Positions 1-12,645 of a stretch of DNA of 64,000 nucleotides are shown here, piece after piece. The DNA comes from Eledone cirrhosa (taxonomy: Eukaryota), in NCBI GenBank assembly GCA_964016885.1, contig OZ024742.1, forward strand, positions 109,864,001 through 109,928,000, read 5' to 3'. The notes below the pieces were generated by a model, which saw only the letters and a program-made list of their open reading frames with translations, ran no database searches and was not told the origin of the DNA. Each line of letters opens with the position of its first letter. Position 1 is the first letter of the stretch. The translations under genes and the position numbers were made by a program.

Positions 1-1118
1 GTGTATGATATCTGGCAGCTAGACTATATGATCCATCATTCTGCTTGGTGTATGATATCTGACAGCTAAACTATATGATCCATCATTCTGCTTGGTGTAT
101 GATCTCTGACAGCTAAACTATATGATCCATCATTCTGCTTGGTGTATGATATCTGACAGCTAGACTATATGATCCATCATTCTGTTTGGTGTATGATATC
201 TGGCAGCTAAACTATATGATCCATCATTCTGTTTGGTGTATGATATCTGACAGCTAAACTATATGATCCATCATTCTGCTTGGTGTATGATATCTGACAG
301 CTAAACTATATGATCCATCATTCTGCTTGGTGTATGATCTCTGACAGCTAAACTATATGATCCATCATTCTGCTTGGTATACGATATCTGGCAGCTAAAC
401 TATATGATCCATCATTCTGCTTGGTGTATGATATCTGACAGCTAAACTATATGATCCATCATTCTGCTTGGTGTATGATCTCTGACAGCTAAACTATATG
501 ATCCATCATTCTGCTTGGTGTATGATATCTGGCAGCTAAACTATATGATCCATCATTCTGCTTGGTGTATGATATCTGGTAGCTAAACTATATGATCCAT
601 AATTCTGCTTGGTGTATGATATCTGGTAGCTAAACTATATGATCCATCATTCTGCTTGGTGTATGATATCTGGTAGCTAAACTATATGATCCATCATTCT
701 GTTTGGTGTATGATATCTGGTAGCTAAACTATATGATCCATCATTCTGCTTGGTGTATGATATCTGGCAGCTAAACTATATGATCCATCATTCTGCTTGG
801 TGTATGATCTTTGACAGCTAAACTATATGATCCATCATTCTGCTTGGTGTATGATATCTGGCAGCTAAACTATATGATCCATCATTCTGCTTGGTGTATG
901 ATCTCTGACAGCTAAACTATATGATCCATCATTCTGCTTGGTGTATGATCTCTGGCAGCTAAACTATATGATCCATCATTCTGCTTGGTGTATGATATCT
1001 GACAGCTAAACTATATGATCCATCATTCTGCTTGGTGTATGATCTCTGGCAGCTAAACTATATGATCCATCATTCTGCTTGGTGTATGATCTCTGACAGC
1101 TAGACTACATGATCCATC
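1..1118. repeat. 47-bp tandem minisatellite, ~23-24 copies (runs off window start)
   Basis: Unit GTGTATGATATCTGGCAGCTAAACTATATGATCCATCATTCTGCTTG repeated head-to-tail with few substitutions. Confidence 0.97.
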
Positions 1119-1702
1119 GTTTTTTCTTCTCTCGTTATAAAGAGATTAATAAATGCAAACGTGTAAATTCACTACTTGTGAGGACACCACACCTATGTTT
1201 TTATTCGCCCAAGGGGTTTATATGGACTACTTTGAGAAGCTCTGCTCTTGTGACACTCATCATTGGAACCGACGAAGGTCCAACACACGCACGCGCGAAC
1301 ATATACACATACAACACACGCATATACACATATTTACAGCTGTTGTTTAAAAATGTAGCTACGTTCTGTGTAGATCTCGGCTTTGAAACACTATATAATA
1401 CAATGAAGCTGTTATTATATCACAGCGAGTCATGCAACTGTTTTGTGGTCACAGGGGACAAAATGGTGAATACGTTTGGTGAGTTATTTTTAGAAATATT
1501 AAAAGGCTGACCACTAATTATTGAAAGAATGTATAGAAATTATGTCCGGACTGATTTGTGTAGAGGAGTTGGGAAGAAGGATATAGGGGCTGAGAGGAAA
1601 GGCAGAGGGGTTGGGAGGAAGGGTATAGAGGTTGGGTGAAAGGGTAGAGGGGTTGGAAGGAGGGGTAGAGGGAGAGAGAGTGAAGATTATAGATAGTGTG
1701 CA

Positions 1703-1740
<38 letters not shown>

Positions 1741-1849
1741 CTATATGTGACGAAGTAGGGTGAGGGGAAACAAAGAGAGAAGGTGATTAAACTTTGTGGG
1801 TTGAGATGAAAAATGTGTGAAAACCATAATTTGAAGTCAATAATGGTGA

Positions 1850-2130
1850 GAGCAAGCATCTTGGTGGTTAGGGTGTTTGGCTCACGATGGTAAGTTCGAT
1901 TCCTGGAGCAGGAATAGAACAGGCGCGTTGTGTCTTGGACCAAGACACGTTGTTTCACGTTGTTCAAGTCCACTCAACTGAAACAAATGAGCTGTGACCA
2001 TATTGGTGCCAAACTGTATCAGCCTTTGCCTATCCCCTTGAACAACATCGGTGTTGTGGAGATGGGAGAGTGGCATGAATGGGTGACTGCTGGTCTTCCA
2101 CAAAACTCTATGCCCTGGCTTGCGTCTTGG
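1850..2130 (+). mobile_element. tRNA-derived SINE, family B (diverged). Other copies approx. 15180-15365(-), 22900-23216(-), 40770-41035(+), 51920-52200(+), 58510-58700(-)
   Basis: A-box-like TGGTGGTTAGG and B-box-like GTTCGATTCC, followed by the shared core CAAGACAC..TTTCACGTTG.TC.AGT.CACTCAACTG in all copies. Confidence 0.7.
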
Positions 2131-2560
2131 AACGGAACTCGGTAGTATTTGGACTTAGATCATAGAGCCAGAACCAATGCTGCAAAGCATTTTGTCGGAC
2201 ACTCTAACGATGCTGCCAATCAACTGCCCTAAGAATAGTTTTACTTTTAAATAATGTAAACCATAGAAATCACAAGTATTTTCTTTACTCTAATTCATGA
2301 CTGATGTATTATCGTGAGACGGTCTGTAAAATCTTTTGGTAACAACCACTTTGATACCAATCCGGCCATAGCTGACACTAGTTTTCTGAAATAAAACCAT
2401 CAGTTTTAAAGGGTTCCTATTTAAATTAAAATCTTCCAGAAGAATTTTATATAACAACCGTCTTAGTAATGGAATAATTGATAATTTTGGTAAATCTCTC
2501 ACAATTCTTCATTAATTAATTGAAATATAGAAAAAATTGAAAGTTACAGCTCAAATACTG

Positions 2561-2930
2561 AGCTGGCCTCCTACAAGGTTGCATCTCATGAGAGGTGTCT
2601 CAGGTGTTTTAATGTTAGGGGCGCCAGTTATATTATGTTGTTATTACAGCTCACACCTATGCAAGTTTAGCTGGCCTCCTACAAGGTTGCAACTCATAAG
2701 AGGTTTCTCGGGTGCTTTAATGATAGGGACCCCAATATTATCATGTTGTTACAACTTGCGCCTATGCAAGTTTAGCTGGCTTCTTACAAGGTTGCATCTC
2801 ATAGGAGGTTTCTTTGGTGTTTGAATGATGGGAACCCTAATTCTATCATGTCGTTACAGCTCACATCTATGCAGGTTTAGATGGCCTTCTACGAGATTGC
2901 ACCTCAAAAGGGTTTCTCGGGTGTTTTAAT
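2561..2930. repeat. Degenerate ~105-108 bp tandem repeat, ~3.5 copies
   Basis: AGCTGGCCTCCTACAAGGTTGCA.CTCAT recurs at 2561, 2669, 2774 and 2879. Confidence 0.85.
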
Positions 2931-3416
2931 CACGAAAACCAAAGTGAAATAAAGAGTGAAGTACTAGGGTAGATATAATCGACTTGCTTTTTTACAGCGA
3001 GTATATCTTAAAATGCAACATTTTTAGCTGATACTATAGTAGTCAACGTAGGAACCACATCGCCTATGCCGCATTGTTTGTTTCATCTAAGAAATGTTAT
3101 TTAATACATTAAATAGTCACAATATACTATACACTCGTACATTGCGTACGTGCACAAGACAAATATACACACTTATATGCAATGCCCACTACATATTTTC
3201 TTAAGTATCCAACAAGCCTGATAAAAGAATCATAAAGCATCTTCTACAAATGCCAATGTTCTATAAATTAGACATGTTTCACCTTGCTCTCAACATAAAC
3301 ATACGGTATGCGTGCAGAATCCAAACAGTTCCCTCTTTTTCTTTTTCTTCGAACGCCGGTACATTACTGATAGCCGAGTATGCGATTTGTCTATCTATTT
3401 ATTTATCTATCTAACC

Positions 3417-3560
<144 letters not shown>

Positions 3561-3742
3561 TAAAAGAGAAAACACAGGTAAGCATTAAGAAAAGGATTTT
3601 ATCCAGGTATTTACGACCGTTTCATTGGTAAGTGCAACCTTATATTGCTATACTGCAAATAGCAGCCACTCAATTATAAGTGTTGTTCACAACTGGCTTT
3701 CTTAACCACGAACTGGATCACAAAAAGCAATTTTCTGCTTCC

Positions 3743-3799
<57 letters not shown>

Positions 3800-3801
<2 letters not shown>

Positions 3802-3897
3802 GGGTGTCACAAAAATGTATACACACTTTGATTACCTGTACAGGCAATATTTATTAGAATGCTGTTGAAGTGTGTATAGATTTTTGGGGACATCCTG
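3800..3897. mobile_element. Tc1/mariner-type MITE (~98 bp)
   Basis: Imperfect TIRs CAGGGTGTCACAAAAATGTATACAC / GTGTATAGATTTTTGGGGACATCCTG, TA on the left flank. Confidence 0.65.
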
Positions 3898-3936
3898 TGT
3901 GTGTATATATATATATATATAATGGCTATCTATTTA

Positions 3937-4005
<69 letters not shown>

Positions 4006-4006
<1 letters not shown>

Positions 4007-5826
4007 AGAGGCTGGATCGAGGCGATGCACACCAGCATCTGATCGAGGGTCAAGGTGAACGGCTACCTATCGGAGCCGTTCGCAATCACGCGTTCCATTC
4101 GACAGGGGTGCCCTCTCTCCTCCATTCTGTATGTATTGACTCTAGAGCCTCTATTGCGGAAATTGGAGCTGTTGCAGGGCATCCCTCTAGAACCGGGACT
4201 GCGCAAAGCGGCGTCGGCTTATGCCGACGACGTGACGGTAATGGTGTCGAGCACCTCGGAAATCGGGATGATCGGCAACTTACTGAAAGAATACGAAACG
4301 CTGACGGGAGCAAAACTAAACCCGGACAAGTCTGTCGGTTTGTAACTCGGTACGTGGAGAGGCAAACCGATGACGTCCGGCAGCATCGTTGGACGCTGGA
4401 CGGACAGACCGGTGAAATTGCTCGGGGTCTGGTTCGGTCCAGACCTCCAGGTGGAGAAAAACTGGAACGAGGTCACGGCCAAGGTGTTTGCACTCACCCA
4501 GAAGTGGACAGAGTGCAAACTGTCCTTGAAAGGTCGAGCGGAGGTAGCGAACACTTTCATAGCGTCCGTCATCTACTACCGCTTGACTGTCGTGCCTTGT
4601 CCCCGTGAACATCTCGTCAAGATGGAACGCATGCTCTTCCAGTTTCTGTGGAAGAAGCAGGCTCCGCTGGTGAGGAGATCCGTCTGCTCTCAGCACCCTT
4701 CCAACGGAGGGCTGGGAATGCCGTGGCTGATCATGCGGTGAGGCTGCGGCATCTCCAGGTATTCCTCACCGACCCCCAACCGGTGTGGGCACCGTTTGTG
4801 AGACAGGCTTTCCCACAGCTCGTCTCGCTGACGGAGCTGCAGTTCTGTGTCAAGAAAAGACCGAAAACGATGGGCGCCTGGCACATTGAATGCGCTCAGG
4901 CGCTCACAGTCCTCTGGCAAGCGGGCGCAGCAATCAGTGGAAACTCTACTTCGACATTCTATAGATGGATTGTACGTTACAAGGGCGACGACGAGCTCGG
5001 AGAGACTCTGGGCGTCGAAGACGATGAGCTCACCAGTCTGTTTGGTAGGACTTTCCGCCCGGGACCTATGGACAACTTCCAGGGGTCCCTGGCCTGGCAG
5101 TGCTACCGAGGAGCTCTACCGGTTCGTGACAAGATCTACAGACACGGACGCCCCGGCGGGGATCCTTCCAAGAGGAGGTGTCCAAGATGCGCGCAGGACA
5201 TTGAAGCAGTCCTGCACGCAATTGTACACTGCCCGGGCATAACCGACCTGTGGAACTATGCAGAACAACTGCCGTCGCGTATGGGACAAATACAGTTGAC
5301 TGCCGAGTCCATAGTAAGGATCAAACCGCTAGCCTCTTTCAAAAACGAAAGAGAGGCGGATTTCCTCTGTACGGTGGCTATGGTGAAAGAAGTTATATGG
5401 TGGACGAGATTGAGAGGACTGAGGACAGATGCCTTTCTCTCCGGACAACAATTGATTCCCTTCTTTAAGTATCACTTTAGAAGGAGAATCAGAGTGGAGA
5501 GAGAGGCACTGCACCCCAGTAAATTTACTGAAAGGTGGGTGAATGAAGCGAAAATGGCCGAGTGATTGGGCCTTCTCTGTTTATAAGCCTGTAGGTTGAA
5601 GAAGAGAGCAAAAGGAAGAAATGAGCACTTGCACAACACGCTCCTGGAGTTGAGGGTTGTTCTATCGACGGGGTATTAAACAACCCATTTGTGGTGCTTC
5701 CCCCTATTGGGGATTTCGATTGTTGTAATTGTTTGTTTTTATATTTTTTACACGACTGTATGTAAAATCCCCGGCATGTCTTTGTATTGTCCCCTTTTCT
5801 TGTGCGCCTTTTGGCAAATAAAGAAA
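4006..5826 (+). mobile_element. 5'-truncated L1/Tx1-clade LINE: disrupted ORF2 (RT C-half + zinc finger) plus 3'UTR
   Basis: RT motifs IRQGCPLS and AYADD, LKGRAEVANT, GGLG, CPRC..H...HC zinc finger; stop at 4343 and frameshift near 4735; AATAAA at 5817; (TATC)n on both sides. Confidence 0.9.
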
Positions 5827-6023
5827 TATATCTATCTATCTATCTATCTTGTCTTTGTTAGTCTATATTTAAGTATCTTTGTCTTCATTTTGGGAAGGAA
5901 AGGTGAACCTCAGAAATTGGATATAGAGAAAGTATTCTGGCTCTTACTTTATCTATAGCTTTATCTATCTACATGCATGGCTAGGCTTGTGTTAATGTGG
6001 AATTATGCCTGGTGAAGGTTATA

Positions 6024-6082
<59 letters not shown>

Positions 6083-6186
6083 CTGTTTAACGTCTATTTT
6101 CCATGCTTACAAGCTGTCACGTTATAAGGCCAGATCGATCAGGTGGCCATGTCTTGCACACACCATTTATATATAGATATATACTG

Positions 6187-6268
<82 letters not shown>

Positions 6269-6269
<1 letters not shown>

Positions 6270-7322
6270 TAGCAGAGGTACCCGGCGTTGCTCGGATATT
6301 AAATAGCAATTGTGTATACCATTTATGTCAATACTTCAGTGCTGCTTCGAAAACTATACTTTTACAAAATCATCGGCTTTTTCCAAAAGGGGGTTCCTGC
6401 CCCCAGGGGTCCCCTACCCAATATGTGCCAATTCTGAGAGTTCACATTCATCTGTAGGACAAACGTAGCCCATGTGTTAAGTTTTGTGAAAATCGGTTGC
6501 GAACTCCAGAAGTTATAACGTTTTGTTGCATTGCACTGCAGTGCTTCAGTCGACTCCAAGGAAGTGGTTAAAGTGGTTAAAGGGGTTATCTGCCGGGGGG
6601 CCCTATAATCAATATCTGGAAAAATAACAGTGCCCATGACCACCCGGAGTACATAAGTAACCTATGTCTTAAGTTTGGTGAAAATACTGTAGAAATGCAT
6701 ACACGCGTGCATTCGTGTGTGTGCGTGTGTGTGTGTGTGGGGGTATGTATTTGTGTGTGCGTATGTATGTGTATGTCCGTCGGGGCATACGTATGTACTG
6801 GCCTAAATTTTCACTATTTACTTTTACTATTTTAATAACCTCTGTCATTTTCGTTTTCAATTTTATTTACATCATTCTTAAACTCCGGGGCTGGAAATCA
6901 TTCTGTTATTTTAAATAGAATATTAGTCTAACGACTCCATTTATACCATAAAATTGGTCTTGTCTTTGCATGAAATTGTTCTTCACGCTCCATTATTATC
7001 CTCGCTTTTTTTCCCGTTCATTGCGAGGGAACGTCTTCACGAACCAAAATATCGTCTTCCTGTTTTCGTTCGGTTGCAACGTTTCTCGAAATAATTACTT
7101 CTGTGTTCACAAATTACTCTCAGTTCAATTTGAATGGGAAATTCCTGTTTCATCGATTTTCTCCGTAATCATGGAAGATTGTAGCTTGAAAGTCGACCCA
7201 ACGCCTCCTCGGGTCATTCTGCATAACTGTAAATTTTCGCTGCATTCCACCAAGCCGTTTCGACGTTTATCCGACTACACCTACATATACAACGTCCGAC
7301 CACTTCCAATTTATATTGTAGA
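6269..7322 (-). mobile_element. Non-autonomous Helitron
   Basis: Minus strand 5' A|TC at 7322; 3' hairpin CCGAGCAACGCCGGG then CTAG|T at 6269; shares terminus and CTGCCCC..GGGG.CCCC motifs with the Helitron at 46709-49752. Confidence 0.75.
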
Positions 7323-7431
7323 TTTGTTTATATATGAATGACAAAAAGAAAAGTACAAAACTATACATGAATTGTTTCTACTAAACCTTCAATTTAAGAT
7401 ACAACCTACATATTTGATAGGGCTCCAGCTC

Positions 7432-7462
<31 letters not shown>

Positions 7463-7891
7463 CTTCTTCTTCTTCTTCTTTTTTTTCTTTTGCTCCCTCT
7501 GGAACATTGGGCTGCGAGCCACCCCACACAACGCCATGTTCTGAGTCTGCTTTTCAACTCCACCATTTTTTTTTTGTCTTACTACGGCTGATTTCTTCCA
7601 GAGAGAAAGAAAGAGATGGAAAAATGCAGAGAAGATTCATCCCCGGAGGAATAATAAAAAAATGTTTACACTGCACATTTCATTTTTTCAAAGCTAAAGC
7701 TGCCGATCCAAAATCAGTAATTCAACTCAACTCCCTGAAAACTTTCAAATATATGCTGTTCTAGCATGAATATTATGCTAAGGATAAGCTGTCCACAAAG
7801 TAAGATTTACTTGCATATCCCCACTCATATAAACACATAAATACATGCATACATACATTACAGTTGATATTTTTTTTATTAAAGCGTTTTC

Positions 7892-7979
<88 letters not shown>

Positions 7980-8259
7980 CGAAACATAAGTCAATTGCAT
8001 GAACTCATAATCCTTTATTTACTGCTTTATTTGTATGAAATTGTAAATAATACAAAAGTATTAGAAGAGGGGGAAATAACTCACCGAACGAGTTCTGGGG
8101 CCCCAGTGACCACATTTTTCAAATTAGAGACTTGAAACCTCGTCTATTCGCTTCCTTGGCACTTTTTACATAGGTGTGTAAATTTTCATGTCAGTCCGAC
8201 GACGTCTACTACCATTTAACCCTGCACATCTGAATTTCAACCACCACCCATTTCACAAA

Positions 8260-8305
<46 letters not shown>

Positions 8306-8967
8306 TACATGGGAAGTAATAGATAGGGCCGCTTCATATAAACCACTGAATAAAGGAATAAATTGTGTAACCTCTGTCTTCTAGAGACCCGCACTATAAT
8401 CTATTCGAATCTAGACCTCCTAAATAGAAAATCAGAGGTTTTTTTCGATGTGCCAGCACTACCACCGACACTCTTTCCATAGCTTTAAACCTAGCTGCTA
8501 GTATATAACAATGTCGGGTCCGAATTCCTCACCACCATTAACACTTCACCTCTAGGTCTTATCACCATATAATTACCCCCATAGCATCACTCTCTATGAT
8601 CAGCTCATTCCTCTCCCTATCTCCTATTTATCTCAAACCTTATACTCTACAATAACTATTAGAAATAAACATAAAATTACCACCATTTAATATAACTACT
8701 ATAGCTTACTTATATTATATTCAGTAATGGATAGATAATAATACAATGAGACCTTTAATGTATTATAGGAAAATAAATTATATTTATAATTAAATATATA
8801 AATTAATAGCATTATAAATAAGGGATTCACTTATAACATAATGTAATGTATATTAATAACACAAGAGATTTGACTAATTGGACCTGTAAACAACTATACA
8901 TTTTTTCTATAGATTACTTATAGTTTATATTATATTTTATTCAGTAATGGATAGATAACAATATAAT

Positions 8968-9076
8968 TGTTTCTACTTTTGGCACAAGGCAGTACATTAC
9001 TGGTACTTTATTTTATCGACCCCGTAAGGATGAAAGGCAAAGTTAACCTCGGCGGGATTTGAACTCAGATCATAAA
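8968..9076 (-). mobile_element. tRNA-derived SINE family A, 5'-truncated, with 19-bp TSD
   Basis: TSD GGATAGATAACAATATAAT at 8949-8967 and 9077-9095; sits in the second unit of a local ~220-bp duplication (8718-9255). Confidence 0.85.
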
Positions 9077-9812
9077 GGATAGATAACAATATAATGAGAC
9101 CTTTAATGTATTATAGGAGAATAGACTGTATTTAAAATTAAATATAAATAAATAACATTATATAAAAGAAAAGGGATTCACTTGTAACACAATGGAATGT
9201 ATATTAGCACAAAGAATTTAACTCACTGAAACTGTAAACAACTATACATTTTTTCCATATTTCCTTCTTTTTACTTTCATATACAATTTAATCGCTAGTT
9301 AACATTAGTTTCGCATTAGTTCCCCTTAATATGAATCTCAAACTCACTTCCGGAAATTAAACCGTTGGAAGAATCGCTATAGAACAACTCGAACCAAGGA
9401 TAACAATATAATAGGACCAATATACAATCCATAGCTGTAACTAACTAAAAACATTCACTAAAATAGAACATAACCAATGTAATGGAAAAGATAGCAATAG
9501 CAGTGATACTCTCAACACAGACACAATTGAACATAACGGAAACAATCATCGCTTTACATCCACCATAAACTCGTAATATTAATACACAAACACCTTTGCC
9601 TGCCTGATATGCTTGTAAACCTATGTTATTTTTTATGTGATACTTTTGCCATACAGTAATTATATATGCCTAGTACCATTATATATGCCTAGTTCCATTC
9701 CTATATATGCTTAACGCATTTGCACTCTCTACACGCTTGCATATGTACTGCTGGTGTCCTCGTTTTACGAGTAACTTTTCTCCTTAATGCTTCTTTCATT
9801 ATTATACTTTTC

Positions 9813-9995
9813 GGTGGATTGGCAGTATCGGTAGAGGGTCGGACGTCATGCTTTGACGCATAGAGTTACCGCCCTTTCCATTCTGAGTTCAAATCCCGCC
9901 GAGGTTAACTTTGCCTTTCATCCTTACGGGGTCGATAAAATAAAGTACCAGTAATGTACTGGGTAATTGCTGGCCTTGTGCCAAAAGTAGAAACA
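9813..9995 (+). mobile_element. tRNA-derived SINE family A, full length, 15-bp TSD. Other copies approx. 10420-10592, 18610-18735(-), 23217-23336, 38560-38617, 38784-38898, 38920-39090, 49763-49940, 58890-58962(-)
   Basis: A box TGGCAGTATCGG, B box GAGTTCAAATCC, core GAGGTTAACTTTGCCTTTCATCC; TSD ATTATTATACTTTTC at 9798-9812 and 9996-10010. Confidence 0.88.
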
Positions 9996-10592
9996 ATTAT
10001 TATACTTTTCCCTTGTCGCATGCATTCCACTCTATGCTTTTTGATTTTAATTATTGTACAATTCTCTTGTAATATATGTCGCATCCATTCCACTCACTAG
10101 ATATGAAACCGTTGTTGACAGCATTAATATCCATGTATCTACATGATTGTTCAGTTGAATAGGTTAACTATATGTACAAACATTGCTAGTGCTCCGATGA
10201 TTCCAAACGAAAGTTTGGAAGAAACGATTGACAGCAATAAAATGATTTGAACATAACTTTTATTATTGTGTAATTTATATTCCTGCTCTGTAAAACATCT
10301 GATGTATTTACATTGAGCTATTTTTCTTACTGGTAATAAGGTACTAATAAATTACTGACCTTTCCTGTTTATAGTTGTATATAGTGTATACATAACTATA
10401 AATAGTATCATTATTATTATCGGTAGAGAGTCGGACACCATGCTTTGAAGCATAGAGTTACGTCCCTTTATGATCTGAATTCAAATCCCGCCGAGGTTAA
10501 CTTTGCCTTTCATCCTTACGGGGTCGATAAAATAAAGTACCAGTAATGTACTGGGTAATTGCTGGCCTTGTGCCTAATATAGAAACAATTAT

Positions 10593-10624
<32 letters not shown>

Positions 10625-10625
<1 letters not shown>

Positions 10626-10810
10626 ACGAAGGAAATGTGGTAAGGAACCAGGTGGACCATAACGCACCAAAGTACTCAATACTTGAGGTAGTAGAGTGGG
10701 TAATAGGAACCAGTAAGACCCCGACAGCTGAGCTCAAGCCGTTTCGACGGCTAATTCAGAATTAGCCGTCGAAACGGCTTGAGCTCAGCTGTCGGGGTCT
10801 TACTGGTTCC

Positions 10811-10813
<3 letters not shown>
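10625..10813. mobile_element. Fold-back insert in (TA)n carrying the 3' half of an HHR (PLE pLTR remnant); sister copy at 31896-32030
   Basis: Perfect ~55-bp-arm palindrome centred at 10758; GAAA-CGGCT-TGAGCTC-AGCTG-TC reads as helix III plus GUC site. Confidence 0.75.
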
Positions 10814-10839
<26 letters not shown>

Positions 10840-10841
<2 letters not shown>

Positions 10842-12568
10842 GTTATATAGTAAGGTGTATTATTGGTTGTGTACTATTGGGTTTGCCCTCGATAGCCGGG
10901 ATTATATCCACTATGCACCTGCTACATTTATCCCTATTCCCTCTACCCGACCCTCGTTCCATTTTACGTTCAGCGGTTGTTTTATCAGTTCTACAATTAA
11001 GGTTACAATTAGAGTTTCCGCTGGCATTACGGTGCTCAGACTCTGTGTTTGTACCTGGGTGATTGTTTCCATTGGTACCATCGACATTGGGACTAGGAGG
11101 CAATACAACATGAAGTCTATATTGATCCTCCCTCGCATTCCGCCTTCTGTTAACTAAATGTCACTATTTTGGCCTAAGCTATCGCAGGCAATGTTGCTAC
11201 TACTATTTAATGGACGTTTGAATGAGATTCTTTCGCTATGCCCCGCCCGTTCCAGGGCGCTACTGTAGTAATTCGAGATCCTATCAAAGGTATCTTCATT
11301 GGAAGATAGTCCTGAAATTCTACTAGAGACGCTTTTGGTAATACCGTTAGTGACTATTGTAGGGTGGTTCGATTTTGCGTTGACATAATTTAAATTCTCG
11401 TTGGGTTTGTGGTAGGGTTGGAAGAGTCCTGAATTGAGGTTAATTGTAACATCTAGAAAATTAACTATCTTCAGGTTTTCTTCAAACACTATACTTAGGT
11501 CTATGTTGTTGAAGAATTTGCTTAGTTTTTTCCTCACCCTCTCTACCATACTATTATTATGGAACGACACAGTAAACAAAACGTCGTCACGGTAAGCGCC
11601 ACCTCCCAAGTGGGGCATTTCCACTCCGAGACAGTCGATGAAGTAAAGGCCCACCAGATCCGTCACCTGGGCCGAGTCCGTGGATCCCATGGTGATGTCG
11701 AAATCGTCCGGCCAATCTTTCCTGGTCCACAAGTCACCGTTGAACTCAATTAAGGTTTTCCTAGCTAGGATAATAATGTTAATTTCTTCAGATGTAAGGT
11801 CGGTGTGTAAGCTAGCAAAGTTTAGGGCCTTACCTAGAAGAGTTGGAGAGATCGAAGAGTAGTAGTTAGAGATATTGAACTGTATAAACTTAGTGCTATT
11901 CTTATTCTACGATTTCTCAAACTAGTTAATTACCTCACTAGTTCCTGACCATAATTTAAGCTTCAATCTCCTAACTAGAGTGGGGATTATTTTATCAAGG
12001 ATGTTTTTACTCACGATTCCTATGTCCGACTTCGAAGGGGGCTATCAGTCTGACAAGTCTTGGTGATTCAAAGTTTAATTTGTGGTCTTTCAATAAAATC
12101 CTCGGAATTCTAGGATGAAAGGGTTCAGTTTTATCTTCAATACCCAATTTAGTCATGACGCTATTGGCCTCCGTGTTGATTAAATCTAGGTTGGCCCGTG
12201 TAGTTTTTTTTTTGTAGCTTTTTCTAATTTCTCTGATTATCAAGTCGTCATAGGTTACTCTATCCATATCGTACAGGTTGTTAGTTTTATCTGCGTGCAC
12301 CAGAATGCTGGTCGAGTTCCTTAGTTTTCCTAGATCACCGTTCAGTCTTCTTAAGTAGATTTTTCCCCTGAGTGGGTTTTTCCTAAACTTAAGGTTGAAC
12401 ACTATGTTAGACATTTCAGTCTCGAATTCCTCCAGGTACTTATTGTGCGGTGGGTTTCTTCTGGATTTGAATTTTCCCTCGATGCCCCCCCCCCCCGGGT
12501 GTTTTGTTGGTGTTCCTCTGTCGAAGTGGAAGGCCTTCCAACGCATTCTACGGACAAAGGAGTCCGAT

Positions 12569-12572
<4 letters not shown>
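10840..12572 (-). pseudogene. Degraded Penelope-like element RT fragment (different clade from the 32 kb element; no endonuclease retained)
   Basis: MRWKAFHF, ADKTNNLY, LKDHK..F, TMGSTDSAQVTDLVGLY, AYRDD, VNFLDVT, YHKP..LNYVNAKSNHP; stops and frameshifts; (TA)n at both ends. Confidence 0.88.

Positions 12573-12641
<69 letters not shown>

Positions 12642-12645
<4 letters not shown>

Noticed and set aside
1-1118. CRISPR-like array
   Set aside because: Contiguous 47-bp units with no unique spacers, no cas genes, eukaryotic context
9813-9905. tRNA gene
   Set aside because: A/B boxes belong to a SINE head with TSDs and many dispersed copies; no clean cloverleaf
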